Virus record (IMG/VR): IMGVR_UViG_3300032893_000003 | Span: 78,633-142,632 of that record | From: a virus | Lineage: Duplodnaviria > Heunggongvirae > Uroviricota > Caudoviricetes | Reading direction: 5' to 3' (one strand) | Length of the DNA stretch: 64,000 nucleotides | Part shown: positions 16,961 to 26,445 of the stretch, in pieces | How positions within the stretch are numbered: position 1 is the stretch's first letter | How the letters are laid out: each line of letters begins with the position of its first letter | Made by a program: the position numbers and the translations under genes | Notes under the pieces: model-generated | The model's input: only the letters and a program-made list of their open reading frames with translations | What the model was told of the DNA's origin: nothing | The model's database searches: none

Positions 16961-17269
16961 TTATTTCGTCTCCCACTGTTCCAAAAACCTCTTAATCTCC
17001 TCAAGCTGCTCGATGTCCCGCCGCGTATCAATGTCAAACCACAGGAATATGAAAAACGCGAGAGCGTGGATCGGGATGACCGAGTAAAACTCAGCTATTG
17101 CTGCATGAGCCGCAAACAGCACTTGGATAAGCCCAAAGCCCTTCATTAGCCAACTATGGCGGCGCATTTGCTTGATCAATGCTACTACGTCTTGGTATTG
17201 TTCTTTTCGGGCCATTTCATCTCCTCTCTCAATCCGCATCTTTCTATGTGATAATAATTTTCCCACCAC
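16961..17269 (-). CDS. small membrane protein
   Basis: 102 aa with a hydrophobic C-terminal half. Confidence 0.45.
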   Translation of the reverse strand: MVGKLLSHRKMRIERGDEMARKEQYQDVVALIKQMRRHSWLMKGFGLIQVLFAAHAAIAEFYSVIPIHALAFFIFLWFDIDTRRDIEQLEEIKRFLEQWETK

Positions 17270-17568
17270 GTAAGTCGATCGCGAACTGGATTATCGTGCC
17301 AACAGCGAACTTCACACTTGCGCTCGCTGTCCCACCAGGACACGTTATCAAAACCTCTGTCGGTTCCTACTAGAAATCCGTCGATCAGCTTCTCTTCTAT
17401 CAGCCTCAGAGTTGGTCTCCACAGATATGTGTTAACGATCAGAATTCGCTTAATCGGGATAACTTCTCCAAATCCGTATTCGCGCATGACAGAGTCGCGG
17501 CACAGTTCTTCCACTTTTTGGAAAAACTTCTGATCTTCCTCTTTTTCAATTTCGTCTACGGTCCCCAC
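17185..17568 (-). CDS. hypothetical protein
   Basis: 127-aa Trp-rich ORF in a different frame from the overlapping 16961-17269 gene. Confidence 0.4.
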   Translation of the reverse strand: MGTVDEIEKEEDQKFFQKVEELCRDSVMREYGFGEVIPIKRILIVNTYLWRPTLRLIEEKLIDGFLVGTDRGFDNVSWWDSERKCEVRCWHDNPVRDRLTWWENYYHIERCGLREEMKWPEKNNTKT

Positions 17569-17768
17569 TGGGCTACTCCTTTAGCGAGATAGGCTTCAGC
17601 TTCTTCTTTTGTGCTTTTCACACAAAACGGAATATCAGAGCAAAAAACCTTGTGTTCTTTGCTACATTCAGGGCACCTAAATTCTTCCATTTCATTGTGG
17701 CCTGACTGCTTCCCATACGAAACCCTAAGCCACTGCTCGCACTCACATTTAAAGTAATCTCTCGGCAT
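17556..17768 (-). CDS. zinc-ribbon protein
   Basis: 70 aa with CECEQ...CPECSKEH. Confidence 0.45.
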   Translation of the reverse strand: MPRDYFKCECEQWLRVSYGKQSGHNEMEEFRCPECSKEHKVFCSDIPFCVKSTKEEAEAYLAKGVAQWGP

Positions 17769-17950
17769 TAGCCTAACCTCCTTTTTTGTTTTTCTAGAAA
17801 CCTTTTCCTGTCTTCATCAGCCCTCAGCATCGCCCCATTTCCAGTCAAGTCCGCAGGCTTTGGCGAAACATAGCTGGCGTAGTAGTCCTTGTCGGAAATG
17901 AAGCCCGCGAGGTGCGCGATGCATTTGCTGTTACGTCTGCACACAGTCAT
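17768..17950 (-). CDS. hypothetical protein
   Basis: 60-aa ORF. Confidence 0.35.
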   Translation of the reverse strand: MTVCRRNSKCIAHLAGFISDKDYYASYVSPKPADLTGNGAMLRADEDRKRFLEKQKRRLG

Positions 17951-17953
17951 GGC

Positions 17954-18211
17954 TCACTTCCAGATTCGCTGCTTGATGAACGTTTTGACCGCCTCGTACG
18001 CCTCGATAACGGCCTTTTGGTCGGCGGGTGGTGCGTGTCTATATGCCTGCATCAGCTCATAAAATTCGCGTTCTTCCTCTTCTGTCATTTCCGTCATCTC
18101 CGGCGTCTCCGTCATTTGGTCCTCCATATCATGTTTATGTTGCAAAGGGCGTATAGCCGCCCGGTAAGGTACCGAGACAATAACTGTTGTTGAGTTAAGG
18201 ATTATGCCCAT
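17954..18211 (-). CDS. hypothetical acidic protein
   Basis: 85-aa ORF. Confidence 0.4.
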   Translation of the reverse strand: MGIILNSTTVIVSVPYRAAIRPLQHKHDMEDQMTETPEMTEMTEEEEREFYELMQAYRHAPPADQKAVIEAYEAVKTFIKQRIWK

Positions 18212-18265
18212 TTATATCCCAACACCGGCAGCGCAGTTTTCCACACCGCGGGCACAGTTTTAAAA

Positions 18266-18607
18266 TTAAGCGTCGCATACGAGAACCTTGTTATGATGCA
18301 GGTATTTGCCCACTCTCTTGAGTTTATCTGCGCGAAACTTGGTGACGTTTCGTATTGTCACATCACCAGCCTGAATGAGCAGCGCGAGGGCTGCCGATAC
18401 GTCGCCAAGCTCTTTTTCCAGATTCTCTTTATTGGTTGTCGGGTCTTTCTTACGATCAAACGGATGGCAAGATTCGTATCCATGTCGTAAGATCTTTCCA
18501 ATAATTTGTTGGACCTCAGCACACTCCTCCATTAAGAGTGCCAGCCTCTCGGCTTCGGCCGGTGTCAGTTTGTTGAAATGTACGTTATTCATATAGTCTC
18601 CTTTCAA
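18266..18607 (-). CDS. MazG-like nucleotide pyrophosphohydrolase (paralog 1)
   Basis: Contains the EExxE motif (ERLALLMEECAE), the E..D motif (ELGDV) and the shared block GKILRHGY. It is a paralog of the 44906-45238 gene. Confidence 0.65.
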   Translation of the reverse strand: MKGDYMNNVHFNKLTPAEAERLALLMEECAEVQQIIGKILRHGYESCHPFDRKKDPTTNKENLEKELGDVSAALALLIQAGDVTIRNVTKFRADKLKRVGKYLHHNKVLVCDA

Positions 18608-19134
18608 TTTCGACCAACGATGAGCTTTCTAAGCTCCTGCTGGCTATAGTCAAATTGCATATAAATCTCGGTTGTCGTTAGCCACCTATGCCCGAGCGCC
18701 CGTTGGACGAGTCTGATGTCCTTTGTGCGTTTATAAAGCCTAATAGCAAAGGTATGTCTCAGGCAATGAAGTCCTTTGTGCGCCGGACGGTATTCAACCC
18801 AAATCTGCCGAAACCTGTTGTACGTAATTGGAAAAATGAACTTCGATGCAGGCTGCACTTCAGTCATCACCCGACGAAATAGCCACTTAGGTATCGGGAT
18901 ATCCCGATCGCAACCCTCTTTCAAACCACTAACGTAAACAGATAGGTTTTTGTTATCAAGATCCTGGGGCTTAAGGTTTAAGAGTTCCTGTGCCCGAGCG
19001 CCTGTGTGCATGGCTAGCCACAGCAGCGTACAGTTCCTAGGATCTTTGTGTTTAAACTTTTCTAGGATCTGCTCGAGGTGGGCATACTCCTCGTCTGAGA
19101 GGAACTTGTGCTTTGTTAGTTTATAGCGCGCCAC
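18604..19134 (-). CDS. tyrosine recombinase (phage integrase family), catalytic domain only
   Basis: 176 aa containing the full catalytic set: TGARAQEL (Arg), HCLRHTFA (H-x-x-R), LGHRW (His) and TTTEIYMQF (Tyr). There is no N-terminal DNA-binding domain. Confidence 0.7.
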   Translation of the reverse strand: MARYKLTKHKFLSDEEYAHLEQILEKFKHKDPRNCTLLWLAMHTGARAQELLNLKPQDLDNKNLSVYVSGLKEGCDRDIPIPKWLFRRVMTEVQPASKFIFPITYNRFRQIWVEYRPAHKGLHCLRHTFAIRLYKRTKDIRLVQRALGHRWLTTTEIYMQFDYSQQELRKLIVGRN

Positions 19135-19190
19135 AAATCCTCCTTTTTATTAGACTTACAACTGTGGCTTCTCCTGAAGAAGTCACAGTG

Positions 19191-19445
19191 TTAAGTAGCG
19201 GTATCTATTTGAATAGTTGATCCGTCTTCGAGCACTGCTTCGATTACGGTAAAACGCCCTTCGCCACATGGGGCGTCTCCAGTCTCGTCCTCGTTGCCAG
19301 CGCGCCAAAACTCCAATTGGCGGTTGCAGTCACAGCCAAAATTGCCGTCTGTCCACCAAAAATGGCTAAACTCAAAATCGTAAGGTCTGGACTGCCGAAT
19401 TTCTCCGGTCTGGTTATTGCGAATCCGCACTGTATAAGCCATCAC
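19191..19445 (-). CDS. hypothetical protein
   Basis: 84-aa ORF. Confidence 0.4.
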   Translation of the reverse strand: MMAYTVRIRNNQTGEIRQSRPYDFEFSHFWWTDGNFGCDCNRQLEFWRAGNEDETGDAPCGEGRFTVIEAVLEDGSTIQIDTAT

Positions 19446-19906
19446 TTAGCGCCTTTCTTAGCCAGGAATTCCTTTGCCCACTCATCCATGAAATTCCCCT
19501 CTGGTAAACCGCTCGCGAGCTCCACAACCCCGTCCAGCATTTCTTTTGCTTTGCGACGAAGCTCGTTGTGCGCGTCCTTTCCAAAGTCCGGATCTCTTGC
19601 CATTGCCCATTGGCACGGACACCCTTCGGCACCGTTGACTGTGTAATCACATTTAAAGCCCGCCTGCGCGCAATCGGCTGTGGCTTTAAAATCGCTCAAG
19701 AGAAGATCAAATTTTGCTTGCAGCTCTTTATTGACTGAGCTCTTAGGCACAACAAGAGTCGGCTTAATGGGCCACGTAGTATATCCATTGTCTGAAGGCT
19801 CTGCTGCCCACCATGTCCAAAACTCAGGCGGCGGCTCTGTTTCAAATTTCGGCAAGTTCTTTTCATTTCCCTGTCGTTGATTATCGAGTTCTTTCCCTGG
19901 ATTCAT
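19442..19906 (-). CDS. hypothetical Cys-containing protein
   Basis: 154-aa ORF. Confidence 0.5.
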   Translation of the reverse strand: MNPGKELDNQRQGNEKNLPKFETEPPPEFWTWWAAEPSDNGYTTWPIKPTLVVPKSSVNKELQAKFDLLLSDFKATADCAQAGFKCDYTVNGAEGCPCQWAMARDPDFGKDAHNELRRKAKEMLDGVVELASGLPEGNFMDEWAKEFLAKKGAK

Positions 19907-20175
19907 ACAATCCTCGCCTTCCCATCTTTAAGTTCTGTCTCGTTAGCTCTAACGCCCTTGCGGTATTGATTCATACCGCCTCGCATCTTCACGTAGCCTT
20001 GATACCAGATGCGCCGGCTCTTACCCCATACCTCGAAGTAGGCGTTCATGGGAAAATGCTTCTCAGCCCATTCTATTGCGTCCTGGATGGTCTTAAAATC
20101 AGGCGGCGGGTTACGTTCCAGTTCAAGCTCAATCTCTTCTCTGGCTGAGCCAGAGCAGTCGACGAATAGTGTCAT
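19903..20175 (-). CDS. hypothetical protein
   Basis: 90-aa ORF with ATGA coupling. Confidence 0.45.
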   Translation of the reverse strand: MTLFVDCSGSAREEIELELERNPPPDFKTIQDAIEWAEKHFPMNAYFEVWGKSRRIWYQGYVKMRGGMNQYRKGVRANETELKDGKARIV

Positions 20176-20390
20176 AAATTCTCCTCAACTTTCGTACCCC
20201 TCACTGAGATACAGCAATCAAATATCACAACTCTCCAACGCGTTTTACAGTTCACACACGTCATGATAAAGGGCTCTTCCATCTCTTCATGCTCATCGCT
20301 ATCGTAGATACCTGTGGTAGGCTCTCCGCACGTACCACAAGTACCTACGAGATGCGCTTTGTGAATAGCGACGAGATCACTTGCGTTCAC
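20172..20390 (-). CDS. zinc-ribbon protein
   Basis: 72 aa with CGTCG...CVNC. Confidence 0.45.
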   Translation of the reverse strand: MNASDLVAIHKAHLVGTCGTCGEPTTGIYDSDEHEEMEEPFIMTCVNCKTRWRVVIFDCCISVRGTKVEENL

Positions 20391-20653
20391 AAATACTCCT
20401 TAATCTCTTTCATCTGCTCTTCAGTCATCGGCGCAAGTACTACCTTCCTGTCAGGCGGCAGACTTTCAAGCCGCTTCATAAAGCACTCAAAGCAAATGAA
20501 CTGAGCATTATTTTTCTTAGCCAGATCAAGGCTTGCGTGAGAGATCCAGATCTCATGAGCACACTTCGTGCACATTCTGATGACGCTTGGAACGTGTATT
20601 TCTTCAGTTGTGCGTACGCACATGATAAATGGTTGTTCTTTTTCGTCACTCAT
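20387..20653 (-). CDS. zinc-ribbon protein
   Basis: 88 aa with CTKCAH...CFEC. Confidence 0.45.
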   Translation of the reverse strand: MSDEKEQPFIMCVRTTEEIHVPSVIRMCTKCAHEIWISHASLDLAKKNNAQFICFECFMKRLESLPPDRKVVLAPMTEEQMKEIKEYL

Positions 20654-20856
20654 GGGCTCTCCTCTATAAAATAATCTTCATTACAATCAGGACAATAACC
20701 CACATAGGTATTACATGTAGCCTGATCATACAAATATCCCCGTGGATGAGCGCACAGCTGCTTGCGCACTAATCTTTTCAGCGCGATTCTGCGCCTTCTG
20801 GACGCTAAAGCAGGAAATAAAAAATTTCTTAAGCGGTAGTAAAGGGTCTTATTCAT
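20650..20856 (-). CDS. hypothetical Cys-containing protein
   Basis: 68-aa ORF. Confidence 0.4.
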   Translation of the reverse strand: MNKTLYYRLRNFLFPALASRRRRIALKRLVRKQLCAHPRGYLYDQATCNTYVGYCPDCNEDYFIEESP

Positions 20857-21125
20857 TATTCGTCCTTGCTCCGTTCCTCTTCATAGATCTGACGAAGGCG
20901 CGAAATGCCTGGAGAGATAACTTCTTCAGGGTCTATCTTACCGCCCCATTTATCGACGAGATGTTTAAAAGTCGCTGCGAGCTTATGGTCCAAGATAATG
21001 ACCACTCCGTCTTGAGCGAGATAGACACCATCGGGCATTTCTACCTTGTCGCCAACTTTATAATTAATGAGCTTACAGGGTCCGGTCTTTAACTGAATCT
21101 TTCCGTACCAGTCAAACATTCCCAT
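20856..21125 (-). CDS. hypothetical protein
   Basis: 89-aa ORF. Confidence 0.45.
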   Translation of the reverse strand: MGMFDWYGKIQLKTGPCKLINYKVGDKVEMPDGVYLAQDGVVIILDHKLAATFKHLVDKWGGKIDPEEVISPGISRLRQIYEEERSKDE

Positions 21126-22120
21126 TATTCATCCTTCCATTCCACTTTGGGGCAGTAATTGTTTTTCGCAGCTTTCACGTATTCCGTGAGAAGCTCAGTA
21201 CAGTTAAAAACCGCTTCCAGAAAATCGTTCTCTAACCACCGACCTGTCGCTTTAAATGGTCGTCTTATCTGCCGCCATAGAAACTGAAACGGCACAGGCA
21301 CAAACCAGCACTTGCCAAAAAGCTTTTTCATGATCTTAAAAGCAAGAGTGCCAACGATCCATCCCACAAGAGCGCAGATACCTACAGCTCCTGTCCAACA
21401 AAGCCCTTTGACAACGTAATGCCCAACAATAGCCCAAGGGATGACAGCCCAGAGTGCTGCAAAGATCTTATAAAAGCCATAGACCACACCTGACACAAGC
21501 GGCAGACCCACTAAAATGAGAAGGAACGGCGCAAACTTCTGCGTCGTTGTCGCAAGCTTCATAAGATTTTCCTTCCGCTCACGCTTTGACCGCAGGTACT
21601 CTTGATAAGCCTTTTCCTTTTCTTCAGCACGTTGCTTACGCATTTTGGCGACTTCGTCTTCGTACTCACGAAGTCTAGCGAACCATTCGTCCCCGTAGGC
21701 TTTCCGCCAGCGCTCAAAGAGGCGTTTAGACTTGTTATCTCTAAAGCTGCCCCACTTATAATTCGAGCCGCTGAGATCGCGTAGCCGCACCACTTCTTCA
21801 GGCGATAACCCTTTTAGATAAGTCTCAACATACCAAGTCTCGAGCGGTCCGCAGATGAACTTCTTAAAAGGGTAGGAAATAAGATCTGAGATGGCGTCAA
21901 AAATTGTTACCATCGTGCGCAAAATTACAGCAAGTCCGAAAACTGTGTAGGTAATCGGCACACGCCACAAAAAGACAAACGGCACAGTAAGTAAACAAAA
22001 TACCGTGAGCCAAAAGTATGGGCAAAGATTTGCAAAGTCATCTTCACGGTTTGTCTTGATATCAAGCACATATCTTTGAAGTCTTCGATGCCAACTATTT
22101 CGTTTGAGCGTTAGAGCCAT
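21125..22120 (-). CDS. multi-pass membrane protein with a central coiled-coil
   Basis: 331 aa with several hydrophobic helices flanking a charged K/E/R-rich segment. Confidence 0.55.
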   Translation of the reverse strand: MALTLKRNSWHRRLQRYVLDIKTNREDDFANLCPYFWLTVFCLLTVPFVFLWRVPITYTVFGLAVILRTMVTIFDAISDLISYPFKKFICGPLETWYVETYLKGLSPEEVVRLRDLSGSNYKWGSFRDNKSKRLFERWRKAYGDEWFARLREYEDEVAKMRKQRAEEKEKAYQEYLRSKRERKENLMKLATTTQKFAPFLLILVGLPLVSGVVYGFYKIFAALWAVIPWAIVGHYVVKGLCWTGAVGICALVGWIVGTLAFKIMKKLFGKCWFVPVPFQFLWRQIRRPFKATGRWLENDFLEAVFNCTELLTEYVKAAKNNYCPKVEWKDE

Positions 22121-22379
22121 TTTTTACTCCTGTTCTTTTGTGATAATTAAGTATTGCGAGCTGAAGATTAGACTGGGCTGCTGCGAAAAACTTAGCTGCC
22201 GCCGCTACGTGAGGGTCAAACTTACATTCGGCTACAACGCAAAGCCACGGCATCGCATCTATCATCTTTCTAAGCACGGTGTGCTCGCGGCCTTTTAACG
22301 GTCCGAAAGGTAATTCAAAAACTCGGCGTTCATACATTGAAAATTCGATGCCTTTATCCTTCTTTTTCTTTTTTGCCAT
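22095..22379 (-). CDS. hypothetical protein
   Basis: 94-aa ORF. Confidence 0.4.
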   Translation of the reverse strand: MAKKKKKDKGIEFSMYERRVFELPFGPLKGREHTVLRKMIDAMPWLCVVAECKFDPHVAAAAKFFAAAQSNLQLAILNYHKRTGVKNGSNAQTK

Positions 22380-22653
22380 GAGTCTCTCCTTTAATACGTT
22401 TTGCTTCTAATCCAACAAGCGATACCTGCACAGGAACCCCAGCCCACCAGGATTTGTGATAGGCATGACTCACGGGCATTGTATAGTCATGCCCATGATC
22501 GTTATAACTCTGACTGTAGCTTTCAACAGCCGCTTTTAGCTTTATGACTTTCCCATTAGGAAATGTGACTTCAAGAGTCTCGCCATCTTTGATGGTTTCG
22601 CCATCTAGCTGATCAAGCTCGCACCAATTGCTGTAGCGTTCAATTTTTCCCAT
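22354..22653 (-). CDS. hypothetical protein
   Basis: 99-aa ORF. Confidence 0.45.
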   Translation of the reverse strand: MGKIERYSNWCELDQLDGETIKDGETLEVTFPNGKVIKLKAAVESYSQSYNDHGHDYTMPVSHAYHKSWWAGVPVQVSLVGLEAKRIKGETHGKKEKEG

Positions 22654-22661
22654 TTAAAACC

Positions 22662-23039
22662 TCAGAAGAAATAAAAGATTATTGGAACTAAAATGGCGAG
22701 AATGAGAAGCATTAAGAGCGCGTGTTTTACCCACAGACTTTCAAACCGGCTAAAGATGGGCTCTTTTGGCGGCTTGTAGTTTGGAAGAACATCGCTTGCA
22801 ATGTGGTAAGAGACGTCCGCTCTGATGGGCGCGCACTCGTAAAATTTCTTAGCTACTGCCGCGTTAGCCGCGCCAAAGATAGCAGGAGGCTGAGGAAGTT
22901 TAGGGTCAAGAAAAAGCACAAAAGGGGGAGTAGCCCACCTAACTGGATAGTCCTTTAGATAGTTCGCTGGATATGTCCCAAGGAATTTATCAAACTCCTC
23001 TTTTGTTACTTTCACCCATTCGAATTCGCGCGTATCCAT
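22662..23039 (-). CDS. hypothetical protein with a C-terminal TM helix
   Basis: 125-aa ORF. Confidence 0.45.
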   Translation of the reverse strand: MDTREFEWVKVTKEEFDKFLGTYPANYLKDYPVRWATPPFVLFLDPKLPQPPAIFGAANAAVAKKFYECAPIRADVSYHIASDVLPNYKPPKEPIFSRFESLWVKHALLMLLILAILVPIIFYFF

Positions 23040-23293
23040 TCCTGAACCTCCTCTGCGACCTTCAGATAATCTTCCGAAGGTGTCATCGTCTCTTCCTGCC
23101 CGGGATCATAGGACCTCCAGATTTTGCTGCGTAACGTGGCCGGGAGCCTAAACCAGTGCGCGGAACATCCCCAAAGAGCAGGTTTTACCTGCTTACCACA
23201 ACCTGGCCAATGACAGGTGTGCGGTCTTGTCTGCGCTGCGTTTCGTACGTAGTCAGCTTTGCTCATGGTAAGTACCATCCGATCGCTAAACAT
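23012..23293 (-). CDS. hypothetical Cys/His-containing protein
   Basis: 93-aa ORF. Confidence 0.4.
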   Translation of the reverse strand: MFSDRMVLTMSKADYVRNAAQTRPHTCHWPGCGKQVKPALWGCSAHWFRLPATLRSKIWRSYDPGQEETMTPSEDYLKVAEEVQEWIRANSNG

Positions 23294-23350
23294 ATAGCAG
23301 CGACTAGCATTAAAAGACCGTAGTTGTGTTTGAAATAATCTCTGTAGAAA

Positions 23351-24331
23351 TCATGTCGATGTGCCATTGTTCTCCCTATACCATTTAATTGTTTCAGCCA
23401 ACCCAGTCCCGACACTTACCCTCGGCGTATATCCGAGGGAGGCCTTAGCACGTTCGATGTCCGCACGAGAACATGGAATGTCTCCCTTACGCCAGTCTGC
23501 GCACTGCATATACTTTGTCGGAAGTGGAAGCCCCTGGTTACAAAATTCCTTAAGAATTTTTAGAGAAAGCTCATCAAGCGTCATATCGCTGCCCATACCG
23601 ATGTTATAGACCTTACCTCCGACAACATCTTTATCAGCGGTAGCCGCCGCAAGAATGGCATCAACAGCATTGTCTACGTAACAAAAATCTCTGGTTATTC
23701 CGGCACTTCCATACAGAATGCAGGGCTTTAGCTCCAAAAGAGATGTTATCCAGTTAGGGATAACAGCCGCATAGCCGCCCGTTGATTGCTGCCTCGGACC
23801 AAAAATATTAAAAAACCTTAAGCCCACCGCCGAAAGTCCAAGCGAGTGATGATACGACTCAGCTACGATCTCGTTTATTCTCTTAGAAGTTGCGTAAGGC
23901 GACAGGGGCTTGCCAATGATGCTCTCGGTTTTAGACGCGGACAGGTCATCGCCGTAAACAGCACTTGAAGAGGCATAGATAAATTTCTTTACGCTAGTGC
24001 CTCGTGCAGCATCGATGACGTTGTTAAAGCCGGTCACATTGTTCTCAAAGGTATCGCCGGGTTCCTCTATAGAGCGAACTACGCTGCATTTGGCAGCCAA
24101 GTGAACAACGACATCTACCTCTTTTGACAGATAGTTGCAAAGCAGCCGATCGCGAATGTCTCCGGCGTGAAGACTGAAATCTTTGCTTTTAAGCGCCCCA
24201 TAAAGGTTCCGACAGTTTCCGTTAGCCGAATGGTTGTCGAGTCCAATTACGCGCTTGCCCGCGGCCAAAAGACGATCCACCAGATGAGAGCCTATGAAGC
24301 CCGCGGCACCAGTGACAAGCCAACGATCCAT
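23351..24331 (-). CDS. NAD-dependent sugar-nucleotide epimerase/dehydratase (extended SDR)
   Basis: 326 aa with GAAGFIGSHLVDRLL (Rossmann fold), YASSSAVYGD and YATSKRINE (YxxxK). Confidence 0.85.
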   Translation of the reverse strand: MDRWLVTGAAGFIGSHLVDRLLAAGKRVIGLDNHSANGNCRNLYGALKSKDFSLHAGDIRDRLLCNYLSKEVDVVVHLAAKCSVVRSIEEPGDTFENNVTGFNNVIDAARGTSVKKFIYASSSAVYGDDLSASKTESIIGKPLSPYATSKRINEIVAESYHHSLGLSAVGLRFFNIFGPRQQSTGGYAAVIPNWITSLLELKPCILYGSAGITRDFCYVDNAVDAILAAATADKDVVGGKVYNIGMGSDMTLDELSLKILKEFCNQGLPLPTKYMQCADWRKGDIPCSRADIERAKASLGYTPRVSVGTGLAETIKWYRENNGTST

Positions 24332-24363
24332 ATTAAATCTCCTTTTATTTACCTTAAATATTC

Positions 24364-24678
24364 TTAAGCCTCATCGCTACGATCAAGCGCCTGCGCTCGG
24401 TAGCGACTGCTCTGCTCCCTCGTACAAGCAAGGTCAATTAAAAGACAAAGTAACTGATGTTGATTTACCTCTACATGGCAGCGTAAGTGATTACATTCCA
24501 GCTGATGGGGATCTGTTAAAACTTTGAAATCAAGGCGCTCTAAAAGCTCACGCTCGCGGATACTAAGGTTCTCTCGCACAACGTGCATCGGTTGCGCCAT
24601 GTGAATAATGTCTGTCATTGGTTGCTGCATGTGGACTCCTTTGTTGTTTCCTCGGTGTATTTCCAATCTTTCAGCCAC
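24364..24678 (-). CDS. hypothetical protein
   Basis: 104-aa ORF. Confidence 0.4.
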   Translation of the reverse strand: MAERLEIHRGNNKGVHMQQPMTDIIHMAQPMHVVRENLSIRERELLERLDFKVLTDPHQLECNHLRCHVEVNQHQLLCLLIDLACTREQSSRYRAQALDRSDEA

Positions 24679-24956
24679 CGGCTGATCCGAAAAGCTATGC
24701 CGGCTTCTTTGTGCTCGTGCTTAGGATCCCACGAACAGGCGTGAGCTCCGAACCACCGATAAAACTTCTTCGGGTCGACTCCCTCATTAAAGTCCATCGC
24801 AACACCTTTTCCACCGCGGTAAAATATGTGGCTAAAAAACTTATTCCAAGTGGTCTTGCCAGCTTTAAATTCATCTGGAATATCTTCCCACTTGGGAAGA
24901 CCTTTAGTAGTTCCAAAGGCGATCTCAACATCAGTTACATCTTCCATTTCGAGCAT
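24615..24956 (-). CDS. hypothetical protein
   Basis: 113-aa ORF. Confidence 0.45.
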   Translation of the reverse strand: MLEMEDVTDVEIAFGTTKGLPKWEDIPDEFKAGKTTWNKFFSHIFYRGGKGVAMDFNEGVDPKKFYRWFGAHACSWDPKHEHKEAGIAFRISRWLKDWKYTEETTKESTCSNQ

Positions 24957-24966
24957 AAAATCTCCT

Positions 24967-25416
24967 TTATTTACTTATACCGGCTTTCTCGATCTTTTTA
25001 AGCATCGCGTGCGCTATTTCAGACCCTCTACTGTCCTGGATATCTTTGAAAGCCTTAGCAGACTCCCGCAATAGATCCATAAGTTGCGCCCTGTCGGCCT
25101 GGACGTCTCTAAAGTTAGCCTCGATGGTTGATCGGCCGGCAAGAGCTTTTCGCAGTAGAGAATTTTCTTCCTCAAGCGCATTAAAGGAGTCTTGATCCAC
25201 TAGATAGATCTCAGCTCCGTCTTTTATAGCGTCAATCTGCCACCATTCAGGACTATCGGGCGAGAGCTCGCCCGTTGTCCATTCGTGTATTTCAACAGGG
25301 TTGCCACACATTAAAAATTTTCTCATTTCACCTTCCTCCTCATAAAGATCACAAGCCGGACAAGTGTTTGAAAGCCCCATTTTCTGCCAATCTAGGCAGC
25401 GGTCGCATTCTGTCAT
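24967..25416 (-). CDS. zinc-ribbon protein
   Basis: 149 aa with CDRC...CPAC. Confidence 0.45.
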   Translation of the reverse strand: MTECDRCLDWQKMGLSNTCPACDLYEEEGEMRKFLMCGNPVEIHEWTTGELSPDSPEWWQIDAIKDGAEIYLVDQDSFNALEEENSLLRKALAGRSTIEANFRDVQADRAQLMDLLRESAKAFKDIQDSRGSEIAHAMLKKIEKAGISK

Positions 25417-25712
25417 GCTTTAACTCCTAGCTTGCGCTCAAACGCAACCATGGCATTTCGCAAAGACAGATCTATACCGTCTTCATCATATATTTTCAGC
25501 GATCTATAGAGCGCTGTCACTTCGGGAGGAGGATTCCTCCGAACCCAGTTGATATAATCAACTGCCTGGTATTCGTGCTTGATGTTAGGAAACGTATCCC
25601 TCAGCTTTTGCTGCCATTTATCTTCAGTTATCGTCTCACACGTCGGCTCGTGTGCATTCAGCTCTATAGGCTCGTCAGAGAATTTTCCACAATAAAGACA
25701 CTGATATTTCAC
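25413..25712 (-). CDS. small protein, paralog family member 1 (C2H2-like finger plus the RRNPPPE and FERK.G motifs)
   Basis: 99 aa with CLYCGKFSDEPIELNAHEPTC ... WVRRNPPPE ... FERKLGV. Confidence 0.5.
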   Translation of the reverse strand: MKYQCLYCGKFSDEPIELNAHEPTCETITEDKWQQKLRDTFPNIKHEYQAVDYINWVRRNPPPEVTALYRSLKIYDEDGIDLSLRNAMVAFERKLGVKA

Positions 25713-25972
25713 GGGGCACCTCTGCCGCTTTTACGCTCGAATTCGGCGAGGGCTTCCATTGCCCATTTAGCGTTATGGGTTGGATATATATCCGATCCGT
25801 GCACTTTGTGTTCTTTTGCAACAATACGAAGCGCCTCAACCAGCGCCAGCGTCTCCGGCGGCGGGTTCTTGCGGACCCATTCCGCCATATCCTTGCAATA
25901 TGGAGCATGGGCCCCACAGATTAAATGAGCCTTTGCATTCATAGCCTTCTGCCATTCTTCTTCAGAAATCAT
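25709..25972 (-). CDS. small protein, paralog family member 2
   Basis: 87 aa with WVRKNPPPE ... FERKSG; ATGA coupling with both neighbours. Confidence 0.5.
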   Translation of the reverse strand: MISEEEWQKAMNAKAHLICGAHAPYCKDMAEWVRKNPPPETLALVEALRIVAKEHKVHGSDIYPTHNAKWAMEALAEFERKSGRGAP

Positions 25973-26304
25973 ACTTTTACTCCCGTCTTGCGCTCGAATT
26001 CCGCAAGCTTCGCAATTAACAGATCCCAGTTCTCGTACGATTCGTGATCTCTGTACTTTTTCAGTGCTTCCACTAGCTCCTTTATTTCAGGAGGTGGATT
26101 CCTCCGCATCCAGGCAATGATCTTACTAGGGGTAGTGAAGTGCCCTTCAAATTTACCGTTCTCATCATACGGGCTATTGCAGTATTCGTAGATCTTTTTC
26201 TGATATGCCTCTTCAACCCCGCACATAACATCGCAAGTCGCCATGTGCGCAATCCGCGCCATAGGCTCATCAAACTCTTTTCCGCAGTTGCATAAGTAGC
26301 TCAT
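25969..26304 (-). CDS. small protein, paralog family member 3
   Basis: 111 aa with CNCGKEFDEPMARIAHMATC ... WMRRNPPPE ... FERKTGV. Confidence 0.5.
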   Translation of the reverse strand: MSYLCNCGKEFDEPMARIAHMATCDVMCGVEEAYQKKIYEYCNSPYDENGKFEGHFTTPSKIIAWMRRNPPPEIKELVEALKKYRDHESYENWDLLIAKLAEFERKTGVKV

Positions 26305-26445
26305 GGCTTCACTTCCTTTTCTACAAAACAGCCGCTAACAAACCTGATCTGACACCAACGGCAAAACACAAACCGGTGCTCGTGCCCATCTGGTGCCTGA
26401 TCATACCCATGCCAATATTCGTGGAATCCGAAATGGCATTTAATC

